Source: Macrostomum lignano
Taxonomy: Eukaryota
Reading direction: 5' to 3'
DNA length: 21,772 nucleotides
Assembly (NCBI GenBank): GCA_002269645.1
Contig: NIVC01000652.1
Span: 381,245-403,016, forward strand
Under the pieces are notes generated by a model. That model was not told the origin of the DNA. It did not search any database and saw nothing but the letters and a program-made list of their open reading frames with translations. The position numbers and the translations under genes are program-made. Positions 13,101 through 21,772 of this stretch are shown here, one piece after another. Each line of letters starts with the position of its first letter. Position 1 is the stretch's first letter.

Positions 13101-16100
13101 AAGTGTACACCGAGTCCACCGGGATCATTCGTCGACAAGACTGGCTCGACAAGCGCTAAACCGTGTCCTGCAGGCACGTGGAGCGGTAAAGGCGCGGCCG
13201 CGTGTACGAACTGCGAGCCTGGAACAATCTCAACTGTCGGCTCTTCGGCATGCACCCAGTGCCCGGCAGGAAGCATTGCTGACCGAGCCGGGTTAAGCGC
13301 CTGCACTAAGTGTCCACCGGGTAGCTTCGCCAACAAGAAGGGGTCCAAGGAATGCACCAAGTGTCCTGCTGGAAGCGTGTGTACCAACGGCGCCTCCGAG
13401 CCGACCAAGTGCAAGGCGGGAACGTTTGCGATCGCCGGATCTAGCAAGTGTACACCGAGTCCACCGGGATCATTCGTCGACAAGACTGGCTCGACAAGCG
13501 CTAAACCGTGTCCTGCAGGCACGTGGAGCGGTAAAGGCGCGGCCGCGTGTACGAACTGCGAGCCTGGAACAATCTCAACTGTCGGCTCTTCGGCATGCAC
13601 CCAGTGCCCGGCAGGAAGCATTGCTGACCGAGCCGGGTTAAGCGCCTGCACTAAGTGTCCACCGGGTAGCTTCGCCAACAAGAAGGGGTCCAAGGAATGC
13701 ACCAAGTGTCCTGCTGGAAGCGTGTGTACCAACGGCGCCTCCGAGCCGACCAAGTGCAAGGCGGGAACGTTTGCGATCGCCGGATCTAGCAAGTGTACAC
13801 CGAGTCCACCGGGATCATTCGTCGACAAGACTGGCTCGACAAGCGCTAAACCGTGTCCTGCAGGCACGTGGAGCGGTAAAGGCGCGGCCGCGTGTACGAA
13901 CTGCGAGCCTGGAACAATCTCAACTGTCGGCTCTTCGGCATGCACCCAGTGCCCGGCAGGAAGCATTGCTGACCGAGCCGGGTTAAGCGCCTGCACTAAG
14001 TGTCCACCGGGTAGCTTCGCCAACAAGAAGGGGTCCAAGGAATGCACCAAGTGTCCTGCTGGAAGCGTGTGTACCAACGGCGCCTCCGAGCCGACCAAGT
14101 GCAAGGCGGGAACGTTTGCGATCGCCGGATCTAGCAAGTGTACACCGAGTCCACCGGGATCATTCGTCGACAAGACTGGCTCGACAAGCGCTAAACCGTG
14201 TCCTGCAGGCACGTGGAGCGGTAAAGGCGCGGCCGCGTGTACGAACTGCGAGCCTGGAACAATCTCAACTGTCGGCTCTTCGGCATGCACCCAGTGCCCG
14301 GCAGGAAGCATTGCTGACCGAGCCGGGTTAAGCGCCTGCACTAAGTGTCCACCGGGTAGCTTCGCCAACAAGAAGGGGTCCAAGGAATGCACCAAGTGTC
14401 CTGCTGGAAGCGTGTGTACCAACGGCGCCTCCGAGCCGACCAAGTGCAAGGCGGGAACGTTTGCGATCGCCGGATCTAGCAAGTGTACACCGAGTCCACC
14501 GGGATCATTCGTCGACAAGACTGGCTCGACAAGCGCTAAACCGTGTCCTGCAGGCACGTGGAGCGGTAAAGGCGCGGCCGCGTGTACGAACTGCGAGCCT
14601 GGAACAATCTCAACTGTCGGCTCTTCGGCATGCACCCAGTGCCCGGCAGGAAGCATTGCTGACCGAGCCGGGTTAAGCGCCTGCACTAAGTGTCCACCGG
14701 GTAGCTTCGCCAACAAGAAGGGGTCCAAGGAATGCACCAAGTGTCCTGCTGGAAGCGTGTGTACCAACGGCGCCTCCGAGCCGACCAAGTGCAAGGCGGG
14801 AACGTTTGCGATCGCCGGATCTAGCAAGTGTACACCGAGTCCACCGGGATCATTCGTCGACAAGACTGGCTCGACAAGCGCTAAACCGTGTCCTGCAGGC
14901 ACGTGGAGCGGTAAAGGCGCGGCCGCGTGTACGAACTGCGAGCCTGGAACAATCTCAACTGTCGGCTCTTCGGCATGCACCCAGTGCCCGGCAGGAAGCA
15001 TTGCTGACCGAGCCGGGTTAAGCGCCTGCACTAAGTGTCCACCGGGTAGCTTCGCCAACAAGAAGGGGTCCAAGGAATGCACCAAGTGTCCTGCTGGAAG
15101 CGTGTGTACCAACGGCGCCTCCGAGCCGACCAAGTGCAAGGCGGGAACGTTTGCGATCGCCGGATCTAGCAAGTGTACACCGAGTCCACCGGGATCATTC
15201 GTCGACAAGACTGGCTCGACAAGCGCTAAACCGTGTCCTGCAGGCACGTGGAGCGGTAAAGGCGCGGCCGCGTGTACGAACTGCGAGCCTGGAACAATCT
15301 CAACTGTCGGCTCTTCGGCATGCACCCAGTGCCCGGCAGGAAGCATTGCTGACCGAGCCGGGTTAAGCGCCTGCACTAAGTGTCCACCGGGTAGCTTCGC
15401 CAACAAGAAGGGGTCCAAGGAATGCACCAAGTGTCCTGCTGGAAGCGTGTGTACAACGGCGCCTCCGAGCCGACCAAGTGCAAGGCGGGAACGTTTGCGA
15501 TCGCCGGATCTAGCAAGTGTACACCGAGTCCACCGGGATCATTCGTCGACAAGACTGGCTCGACAAGCGCTAAACCGTGTCCTGCAGGCACGTGGAGCGG
15601 TAAAGGCGCGGCCGCGTGTACGAACTGCGAGCCTGGAACAATCTCAACTGTCGGCTCTTCGGCATGCACCCAGTGCCCGGCAGGAAGCATTGCTGATCGA
15701 GCTGGGTTAAGCGCCTGCACTAAGTGTCCACCGGGTAGCTTCGCCAACAAGAAGGGGTCCAAGGAATGCACCAAGTGTCCTGCTGGAAGCGTGTGTACGA
15801 ACGGCGCCTCCGAGCCGACCAAGTGCAAGGCGGGAACGTTTGCGATCGCCGGATCTAGCAAGTGTACACCGAGTCCACCGGGATCATTCGTCGACAAGAC
15901 TGGCTCGACAAGCGCTAAACCGTGTCCTGCAGGCACGTGGAGCGGTAAAGGCGCGGCCGCGTGTACGAACTGCGAGCCTGGAACAATCTCAACTGTCGGC
16001 TCTTCGGCATGCACCCAGTGCCCGGCAGGAAGCATTGCTGACCGAGCTGGGTTAAGCGCCTGCACTAAGTGTCCACCGGGTAGCTTCGCCAACAAGAAGG

Positions 16101-19100
16101 GGTCCAAGGAATGCACCAAGTGTCCTGCTGGAAGCGTGTGTACGAACGGCGCCTCCGAGCCGACCAAGTGCAAGGCGGGAACGTTTGCGATCGCCGGATC
16201 TAGCAAGTGTACACCGAGTCCACCGGGATCATTCGTCGACAAGACTGGCTCGACAAGCGCTAAACCGTGTCCTGCAGGCACGTGGAGCGGTAAAGGCGCG
16301 GCCGCGTGTACGAACTGCGAGCCTGGAACAATCTCAACTGTCGGCTCTTCGGCATGCACCCAGTGCCCGGCAGGAAGCATTGCTGACCGAGCTGGGTTAA
16401 GCGCCTGCACTAAGTGTCCACCGGGTAGCTTCGCCAACAAGAAGGGGTCCAAGGAATGCACCAAGTGTCCTGCTGGAAGCGTGTGTACGAACGGCGCCTC
16501 CGAGCCGACCAAGTGCAAGGCGGGAACGTTTGCGATCGCCGGATCTAGCAAGTGTACACCGAGTCCACCGGGATCATTCGTCGACAAGACTGGCTCGACA
16601 AGCGCTAAACCGTGTCCTGCAGGCACGTGGAGCGGTAAAGGCGCGGCCGCGTGTACGAACTGCGAGCCTGGAACAATCTCAACTGTCGGCTCTTCGGCAT
16701 GCACCCAGTGCCCGGCAGGAAGCATTGCTGACGAGCCGGGTTAAGCGCCTGCACTAAGTGTCCACCGGGTAGCTTCGCCAACAAGAAGGGGTCCAAGGAA
16801 TGCACCAAGTGTCCTGCTGGAAGCGTGTGTACCGAACGGCGCCTCCGAGCCGACCAAGTGCAAGGCGGGAACGTTTGCGATCGCCGGATCTAGCAAGTGT
16901 ACACCGAGTCCACCGGGATCATTCGTCGACAAGACTGGCTCGACAAGCGCTAAACCGTGTCCTGCAGGCACGTGGAGCGGTAAAGGCGCGGCCGCGTGTA
17001 CGAACTGCGAGCCTGGAACAATCTCAACTGTCGGCTCTTCGGCATGCACCCAGTGCCCGGCAGGAAGCATTGCTGACCGAGCCGGGTTAAGCGCCTGCAC
17101 TAAGTGTCCACCGGGTAGCTTCGCCAACAAGAAGGGGTCCAAGGAATGCACCAAGTGTCCTGCTGGAAGCGTGTGTACCAACGGCGCCTCCGAGCCGACC
17201 AAGTGCAAGGCGGGAACGTTTGCGATCGCCGGATCTAGCAAGTGTACACCGAGTCCACCGGGATCATTCGTCGACAAGACTGGCTCGACAAGCGCTAAAC
17301 CGTGTCCTGCAGGCACGTGGAGCGGTAAAGGCGCGGCCGCGTGTACGAACTGCGAGCCTGGAACAATCTCAACTGTCGGCTCTTCGGCATGCACCCAGTG
17401 CCCGGCAGGAAGCATTGCTGACCGAGCCGGGTTAAGCGCCTGCACTAAGTGTCCACCGGGTAGCTTCGCCAACAAGAAGGGGTCCAAGGAATGCACCAAG
17501 TGTCCTGCTGGAAGCGTGTGTACAACGGCGCCTCCGAGCCGACCAAGTGCAAGGCGGGAACGTTTGCGATCGCCGGATCTAGCAAGTGTACACCGAGTCC
17601 ACCGGGATCATTCGTCGACAAGACTGGCTCGACAAGCGCTAAACCGTGTCCTGCAGGCACGTGGAGCGGTAAAGGCGCGGCCGCGTGTACGAACTGCGAG
17701 CCTGGAACAATCTCAACTGTCGGCTCTTCGGCATGCACCCAGTGCCCGGCAGGAAGCATTGCTGATCGAGCCTGGGTTAAGCGCCTGCACTAAGTGTCCA
17801 CCGGGTAGCTTCGCCAACAAGAAGGGGTCCAAGGAATGCACCAAGTGTCCTGCTGGAAGCGTGTGTACGAACGGCGCCTCCGAGCCGACCAAGTGCAAGG
17901 CGGGAACGTTTGCGATCGCCGGATCTAGCAAGTGTACACCGAGTCCACCGGGATCATTCGTCGACAAGACTGGCTCGACAAGCGCTAAACCGTGTCCTGC
18001 AGGCACGTGGAGCGGTAAAGGCGCGGCCGCGTGTACGAACTGCGAGCCTGGAACAATCTCAACTGTCGGCTCTTCGGCATGCACCCAGTGCCCGGCAGGA
18101 AGCATTGCTGACGAGCGGGTTAAGCGCCTGCACTAAGTGTCCACCGGGTAGCTTCGCCAACAAGAAGGGGTCCAAGGAATGCACCAAGTGTCCTGCTGGA
18201 TATTTTTCTTCGACTTTGAATTCAATAGAATGCACCCCTAGTCCTGCTGGCTATTTTATAAATGGAGTCGGTTCGACCTCCTATAATCCTTGTCCCGTAG
18301 GCACCTGGAGTGGACTTGGTTCAAGTGCGTGTACTGCCTGCATCCCTGGATCATTTTCCTCGTCTGCTGGATCTTCTTCTTGCAGGCGATGTTCTCCTGG
18401 AACTTTTGCTAATTTAACGGCTCAAGTGAGTGCAAACCTTGTCCGCCTGGCAGATACAGCGGCCATAGCGGTGCCTCTTTGTGCGAGTTATGCAATGCAG
18501 GCAGCTGGAGCCGTTCGGGTGCTTTGTCCTGCCGCTTGTGCCCCAAGGGTCATTTTTCGCCTGCTGGATCAAGGCACTGCATTCAATGTTCGGGGGGCAC
18601 TTTTGCAGATCGGGAGGGCACCTCTAGCTGCACGATGTGCCCCCCTGGCAGCGTGGCTGAGGAGCCTGGCTCTACGCGTTGCAGTCTTTGCCGGGTAGGG
18701 CAATACGCGCCAAGCCCTGGTTCAGACAAATGCTTTGATTGTTTCCCTGGCTACTTCACGAACAAAACTGGTAGTAGCACCTGCACGCCTGCCCCCCTGG
18801 CACGCGATCCAGTATTCAGCGGGCTACCGAATGCATACAGTGCAACTTGGAGAACAATTTGTCATATCGATCTGGTATGAGCATATGCGACGAGTGCCCC
18901 GAGTTCGCCCCGACACTCACAAAATATAAATGTTATGGTGAGCTGATTTTATAAATTTATTTTCCGTTTTACTTTTTTGTAGTTAGCTTTTTGGGGACAT
19001 TGTCAACGACTTGACCTGACAGGAGTTTATTGCTAATCGAGCGTCACAAGTTGTGGCCTGAGGCAGTCCCTGTGCCAGTAGGACGGGATACCAGCTTTGG

Positions 19101-19602
19101 AGCTATTTTTAGACATCTGTTCGGGACGGTACTCATAATTTACTTATATTGGAACTTATAAAAACGTGAATAAAAATTATATCCACTTTCCCACCGACAT
19201 TTAGATCGAGTTAATACCGAGTGCTCTTCTAAAGACGGCATATCGAAAACGTGCAGGTATTCTATAGACTTGAATGTGTGGTCGTACGGAGTCGCTTACG
19301 CTGATGGTCCCGGGCGTGACTTTCTGTTTTACACGTTTTCGAAGACAGTTGATATAAAAAAGTTTCTTTTAATGGCAAAGTCAAACGCCAGAAGCAGCGC
19401 AGAGAACTTGAATTTCCGATGCCTGCCATCCGGCAAGGAGAAACACTTCCCAACGTTCAGGCGGTACAATAACTTTGAATGCGCGAATGCGCAAGCAATG
19501 GAGGTCACGCCGAAGCCATATCACAAGGTCATCATTATGAGTTGGCGTTTTTCTATAAAGAGTAGGCAAACGCCGTGCGAAACTGAGTATGCGCTGGATT
19601 AA
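833..19602 (+). CDS. Giant secreted cysteine-rich tandem-repeat protein, about 6,150 aa (composite model; main intron 18938-19204; several single-base indels must be corrected)
   Basis: ATG 833 is followed by a hydrophobic leader. CxxC/CPAG motifs continue through successive reading frames from about 1204 to 18937. The longest intact stretch is in ORF 1968..15710. The phase-1 donor G|GTGAG at 18938 joins in frame to the acceptor at 19204 and an open exon ending at TAA 19600-19602 with overlapping AATAAA. Confidence 0.7.
931..969 (+). repeat. 15-bp minirepeat (TGGTGGCGCTGCAGC x2.6) encoding GGAAA-GGAAA-GGA
   Basis: Read directly from the sequence. The unit length is a multiple of 3 and lies in the signal-peptide frame. 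Confidence 0.9.
1204..1518 (+). CDS. Furin-like (FU) Cys-rich repeat leading into the first CPAG modules; part of the giant gene
   Basis: Removing one T at 1236/1237 and one T at 1328-1331 gives NYTLKNGICKP-NCHKECTDCDKPYDSMACKECRNVKINITNF-DDKKGSQRYDCIPRCPVGHQKSVTTSNLCVPCPAGSYKYQEGNQNCIVCNPGTF. This fits the FU spacing CHxECxxC..C..C..CxxxCPxG..CxxC. Confidence 0.65.
1519..18200 (+). repeat. Coding tandem array, 345-bp unit x about 48.3, each unit a 115-aa module with 12 Cys (GCC2/GCC3- or ephrin-receptor-like CxxCPAG repeats)
   Basis: The marker TTGCGATCGCC occurs 48 times (1697, 2041, 2386...15151 at an exact 345-bp step, then 15495...17910). Unit protein: CTNGASEPTKCKAGTFAIAGSSKCTPSPPGSFVDKTGSTSAKPCPAGTWSGKGAAACTNCEPGTISTVGSSACTQCPAGSIADRAGLSACTKCPPGSFANKKGSKECTKCPAGSV. 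Confidence 0.98.
18201..18937 (+). CDS. Diverged, non-amplified CxxCPxG modules (about 245 aa) continuing the giant protein
   Basis: Reads CPAGYFSSTLNSIECTPSPAGYFINGVGSTSYNPCPVGTW... through ORFs 17910..18698 and 18479..18880. Adding one T near 18431 and one near 18790 makes it continuous to ...CDECPEFAPTLTKYKCY. Confidence 0.75.
18938..19204 (+). other. Putative spliceosomal GT-AG intron (267 nt, phase 1)
   Basis: Donor TATG|GTGAGC, AT-rich sequence after the donor, and acceptor ccactttcccaccgacatttag|. The splice gives TGT TAT G|AT CGA GTT (C-Y-D-R-V) in frame with no correction. Confidence 0.55.
19205..19602 (+). CDS. Putative terminal exon: a 132-aa non-repetitive domain of unknown identity
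   Basis: The frame is open from 19174 to TAA 19602 and includes ORF 19270..19602. It starts at the acceptor in the same phase as donor 18938. Confidence 0.55.
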
Positions 19603-19606
19603 TAAA
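19601..19606 (+). terminator. Candidate polyadenylation signal AATAAA overlapping the stop codon
   Basis: The sequence reads GAT TAATAAAAT and is followed by T-rich downstream sequence. Confidence 0.4.
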
Positions 19607-19838
19607 ATACACAAGACTTGAATGTATAATCAAAATTTTGATTTTGCCTTTCGAGTGAGTCACTCGCATTTTATACTGTGCTGCTAACGACCACCAAGGT
19701 CATACAACTTACAGATTTGGTTTATAGCTTGCACATTCGTGGGGACATTTAATGTGAAAGCGTTTAGTGGTGAAACAGTTCATCGAGGATCCCGACAGTA
19801 CGTTTGCACACGAGCAAATCCCACCGACATGTAGATCC

Positions 19839-20306
19839 TCAGAAAATCATGAAAATTATTTGCAAAGCTTCTGAACACTTCTGCACGCGTAGAATAATTC
19901 ATTCATGGTCGAGAGCCCCAAGGCACAAGAAACGGCGTGTTGGACACTTCAGGCCCCATCAGAAAATCATGAAAATTATTTGCAAAGCTTCTGAACAATT
20001 CTGCACGCGTAGAATTCATTCATGGTCGAGAGCCCCAAGGCACAAGAAACGGCGTGTTGGACACTTCAGGCCCCATCAGAAAATCATGAAAATTATTTGC
20101 AAAGCTTCTGAACACTTCCGCACGCGTAGAATTCATGCATGCGAGAGCCCAAGGCAGAAAAACCGGCGTGTTGGACACTTCAGGCCCCATCAGAAAATCA
20201 TGAAAATTATTTGCAAAGCTTCTGAACAATTCTGCACGAGTAGAATTCATGCATGCTGGAGAGCCTCAAGGCAGAAAAACCGGCGTGTTGGACACTTTAG
20301 GCCCCA
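19839..20306 (+). repeat. Four-copy tandem repeat with units of 120, 117, 114 and 117 bp
   Basis: TCAGAAAATCATGAAAATTATTTGCAAAGCTTCTGAAC starts at 19839, 19959, 20076 and 20190. ORF 19804..20328 stays open across all copies. Confidence 0.93.
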
Positions 20307-20626
20307 ATGCGCTCGTCACGTCTGCTAACACCTGCCATTTTTCATGCGAACATGGGTGTGGCCGGTGGATCTCGAGTCCGTTTGCCACTTCTTGTTATCG
20401 ATTGTCCAGTTTATGAAGTTTTAATTATATATTTAGTATAGGTGGATTACCTCCAAGGTTTCACTGACGTTTCTCACAATAGCACATGCGTATTGTTAAA
20501 ATTTGTTTCATGGAGGCTGGCTTACTTTACTCTACAATTCCGTCACAGGCCTTCCGTGTGCATGCCCTCGTTGTCTCTGTTTACTCTGTTTTCTCTCCCT
20601 GTCTAGGCCACAGATACAAAAATAAC

Positions 20627-21029
20627 TAGATGGGCCACTCAGGCACATACTTAGCAAAACAGCTTTCTACTTTCAGTTCAGTAGCAAAGAAGAATATAGA
20701 AGCTATTTTATAAAAAGGCAGTTTAAAATGACTGATAAGTTTAGAAGCCCACAGAAGACGTAAACAACTTGCTAATTGGTTCACCCATAATGTACATTGG
20801 CCACTGGAATGTACATGGCAGCTTTAGGCTGGAATTCGAGAACGGAAATAAAATTGGTGGGGGGGGCGGCGAGGGGTAGTGTGGTGTGGAAAGGCGCGGT
20901 TGAAAGGTTGAAGCTGGTGGGTAAGAGCCAATAAATTGAGCCTTGACTTTAAAACACATCAAAATGCTTGTTTAACTTACTACTGAACTGAAAGTAGATT
21001 ACACGCAAATGTGCTGAGTGGCCCATCTA
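20627..21029. mobile_element. MITE-like non-autonomous element of about 403 bp with imperfect terminal inverted repeats
   Basis: Left arm TAGATGGGCCACTCAGGCACAT...TCTACTTTCAGTTCAGTAGCAA (20627-20687) is the reverse complement of right arm TTACTACTGAACTGAAAGTAGA...ATGTGCTGAGTGGCCCATCTA (20977-21029). TA lies at both ends and there is no transposase ORF. Confidence 0.65.
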
Positions 21030-21605
21030 ATTCTATTATAGTCTCGTTCTTCTTATCTCTCTCTTTCGTTGCCTTCTGGCTAACTGGATAAATGCAAAAG
21101 CCGTGTATCAGGAGGCTCAATTGAGACGGTTTCAATGCCAATTTTGCTTGGTCTTTTAAATAATTTGAATCAGAAATGATATTTCGGTTCCGGAGTTTTA
21201 TTACTTTAGAGATATCCGGGGTGAAAGCATCTCATTGACGTCTGGAGTGTTAAGTGAGGTAAAAACCATTCAACACGAGTCCCGAGTAAAGCATATAAAT
21301 CATCTATTCAATCAACTAATGTGAATTTAGCTTTTCAATACAGACGCATATGTAATCATAAATTACTTTTACATGTAAGAAATAAAGTGAAGAGAGCAGG
21401 CAGAATTTGATTAATTTGTTTTTATAGAGAGAATCCAATCCAATCCAAAAAATCAATAATCGAACGCAAGTTCAGAGTAAGCAGGTTTGGGGCGCACAGG
21501 TCATGAGTTACCTGCACAGCTTATACCGCCAACTGCTAATAAGACACAGCGACAAGGAATTGCGTCATACTCGTGCGGGAATTCTCGGGCAGCATCGGGC
21601 CGGGC

Positions 21606-21772
21606 TCACTTCTTAGCCGCCGGCGGCGCCTTGCTGCCATAGAGAATGCGGTTCATCTGCGTGTTCTGCTCGTCCATCTTGGCGTTCGTCTTGTCCGTCT
21701 TCACCGACATTCGCTCCAGCTGCGAGTTCTGCCTGTCGATCTCGCCGCCCAGCCCATGGCCAGCTGCTTCAG
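21606..21772 (-). CDS. SNAP29: 3' end of a SNAP-25-family t-SNARE, SNAP-29-like (C-terminal Qc SNARE motif); partial, runs off the window
   Basis: The minus strand reads LKQLAM[+G]GLGGEIDRQNSQLERMSVKTDKTNAKMDEQNTQMNRILYGSKAPPAAKK*. The EIDxQN zero-layer Gln and the heptad pattern are typical of SNAP-25/29 second SNARE motifs. One G appears to be missing in the run near 21752-21756. Confidence 0.75.
   Translation of the reverse strand, partial: EAAGHGLGGEIDRQNSQLERMSVKTDKTNAKMDEQNTQMNRILYGSKAPPAAKK

Noticed and set aside
1922-15430. 4,502-aa antisense ORF suggesting dual-strand coding
   Set aside because: It is one 115-codon unit repeated, not independent evidence. In this frame a stop requires a sense Tyr codon after a pyrimidine, or a His/Gln codon after T. 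The unit has no Tyr or His and its single Gln follows C, so openness follows from composition. The ACC/ACG variant is silent on the sense strand but changes Leu to Phe on the antisense strand.
2386-18136. Dozens of identical 71-aa ORFs (MRSPDLAS...)
   Set aside because: These are off-frame shadows of the Cys unit, most of them called from a TTG start. They recur only because the unit recurs.
1519-18200. CRISPR-like array or plain non-coding satellite
   Set aside because: There are no unique spacers or cas genes and the context is eukaryotic. The unit is a multiple of 3, all substitutions are synonymous, and the frame continues into diverged coding flanks.
833-19602. Calling the giant gene a pseudogene
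   Set aside because: Lesions are mostly single-base indels in homopolymers or at polymorphic sites. No nonsense or missense substitution is visible in the array, and the neighbouring SNARE gene shows the same error type.
20741-20962. 73-aa minus-strand ORF with a poly-Pro run, and a G-rich tract near 20856-20900 as a possible G-quadruplex
   Set aside because: It lies inside the MITE-like element. The prolines come from a simple G run, and the G tracts are too irregular to call a quadruplex.

Overview
This is eukaryotic, probably invertebrate metazoan, genomic DNA; the taxon cannot be determined from the window. About 77% of it (1519-18200) is a tandem array of a 345-bp unit, about 48.3 copies, each encoding a 115-aa module with 12 Cys built from CxxCPAG-type repeats. 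The array sits inside what appears to be one very large plus-strand gene of roughly 6,150 aa. The predicted layout is: signal peptide (ATG 833), a furin-like Cys-rich repeat, the 48 units, about 245 aa of diverged Cys modules, a GT-AG intron (18938-19204), and a 132-aa terminal exon ending at TAA plus AATAAA (about 19600). Single-base indels break the frame. Inside the array, 8 of 10 indel bases fall exactly on three synonymous polymorphic sites, which suggests consensus errors rather than a pseudogene. Downstream are a 4-copy ~117-bp repeat that is open in frame behind a duplicated splice-acceptor motif (a possible alternative last exon), a ~400-bp MITE-like inverted-repeat element, and the 3' end of a convergent SNAP-29-like SNARE gene on the minus strand. 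I found no support for rRNA, tRNA or CRISPR features. All gene models were assembled by eye and need read-level or transcript validation.
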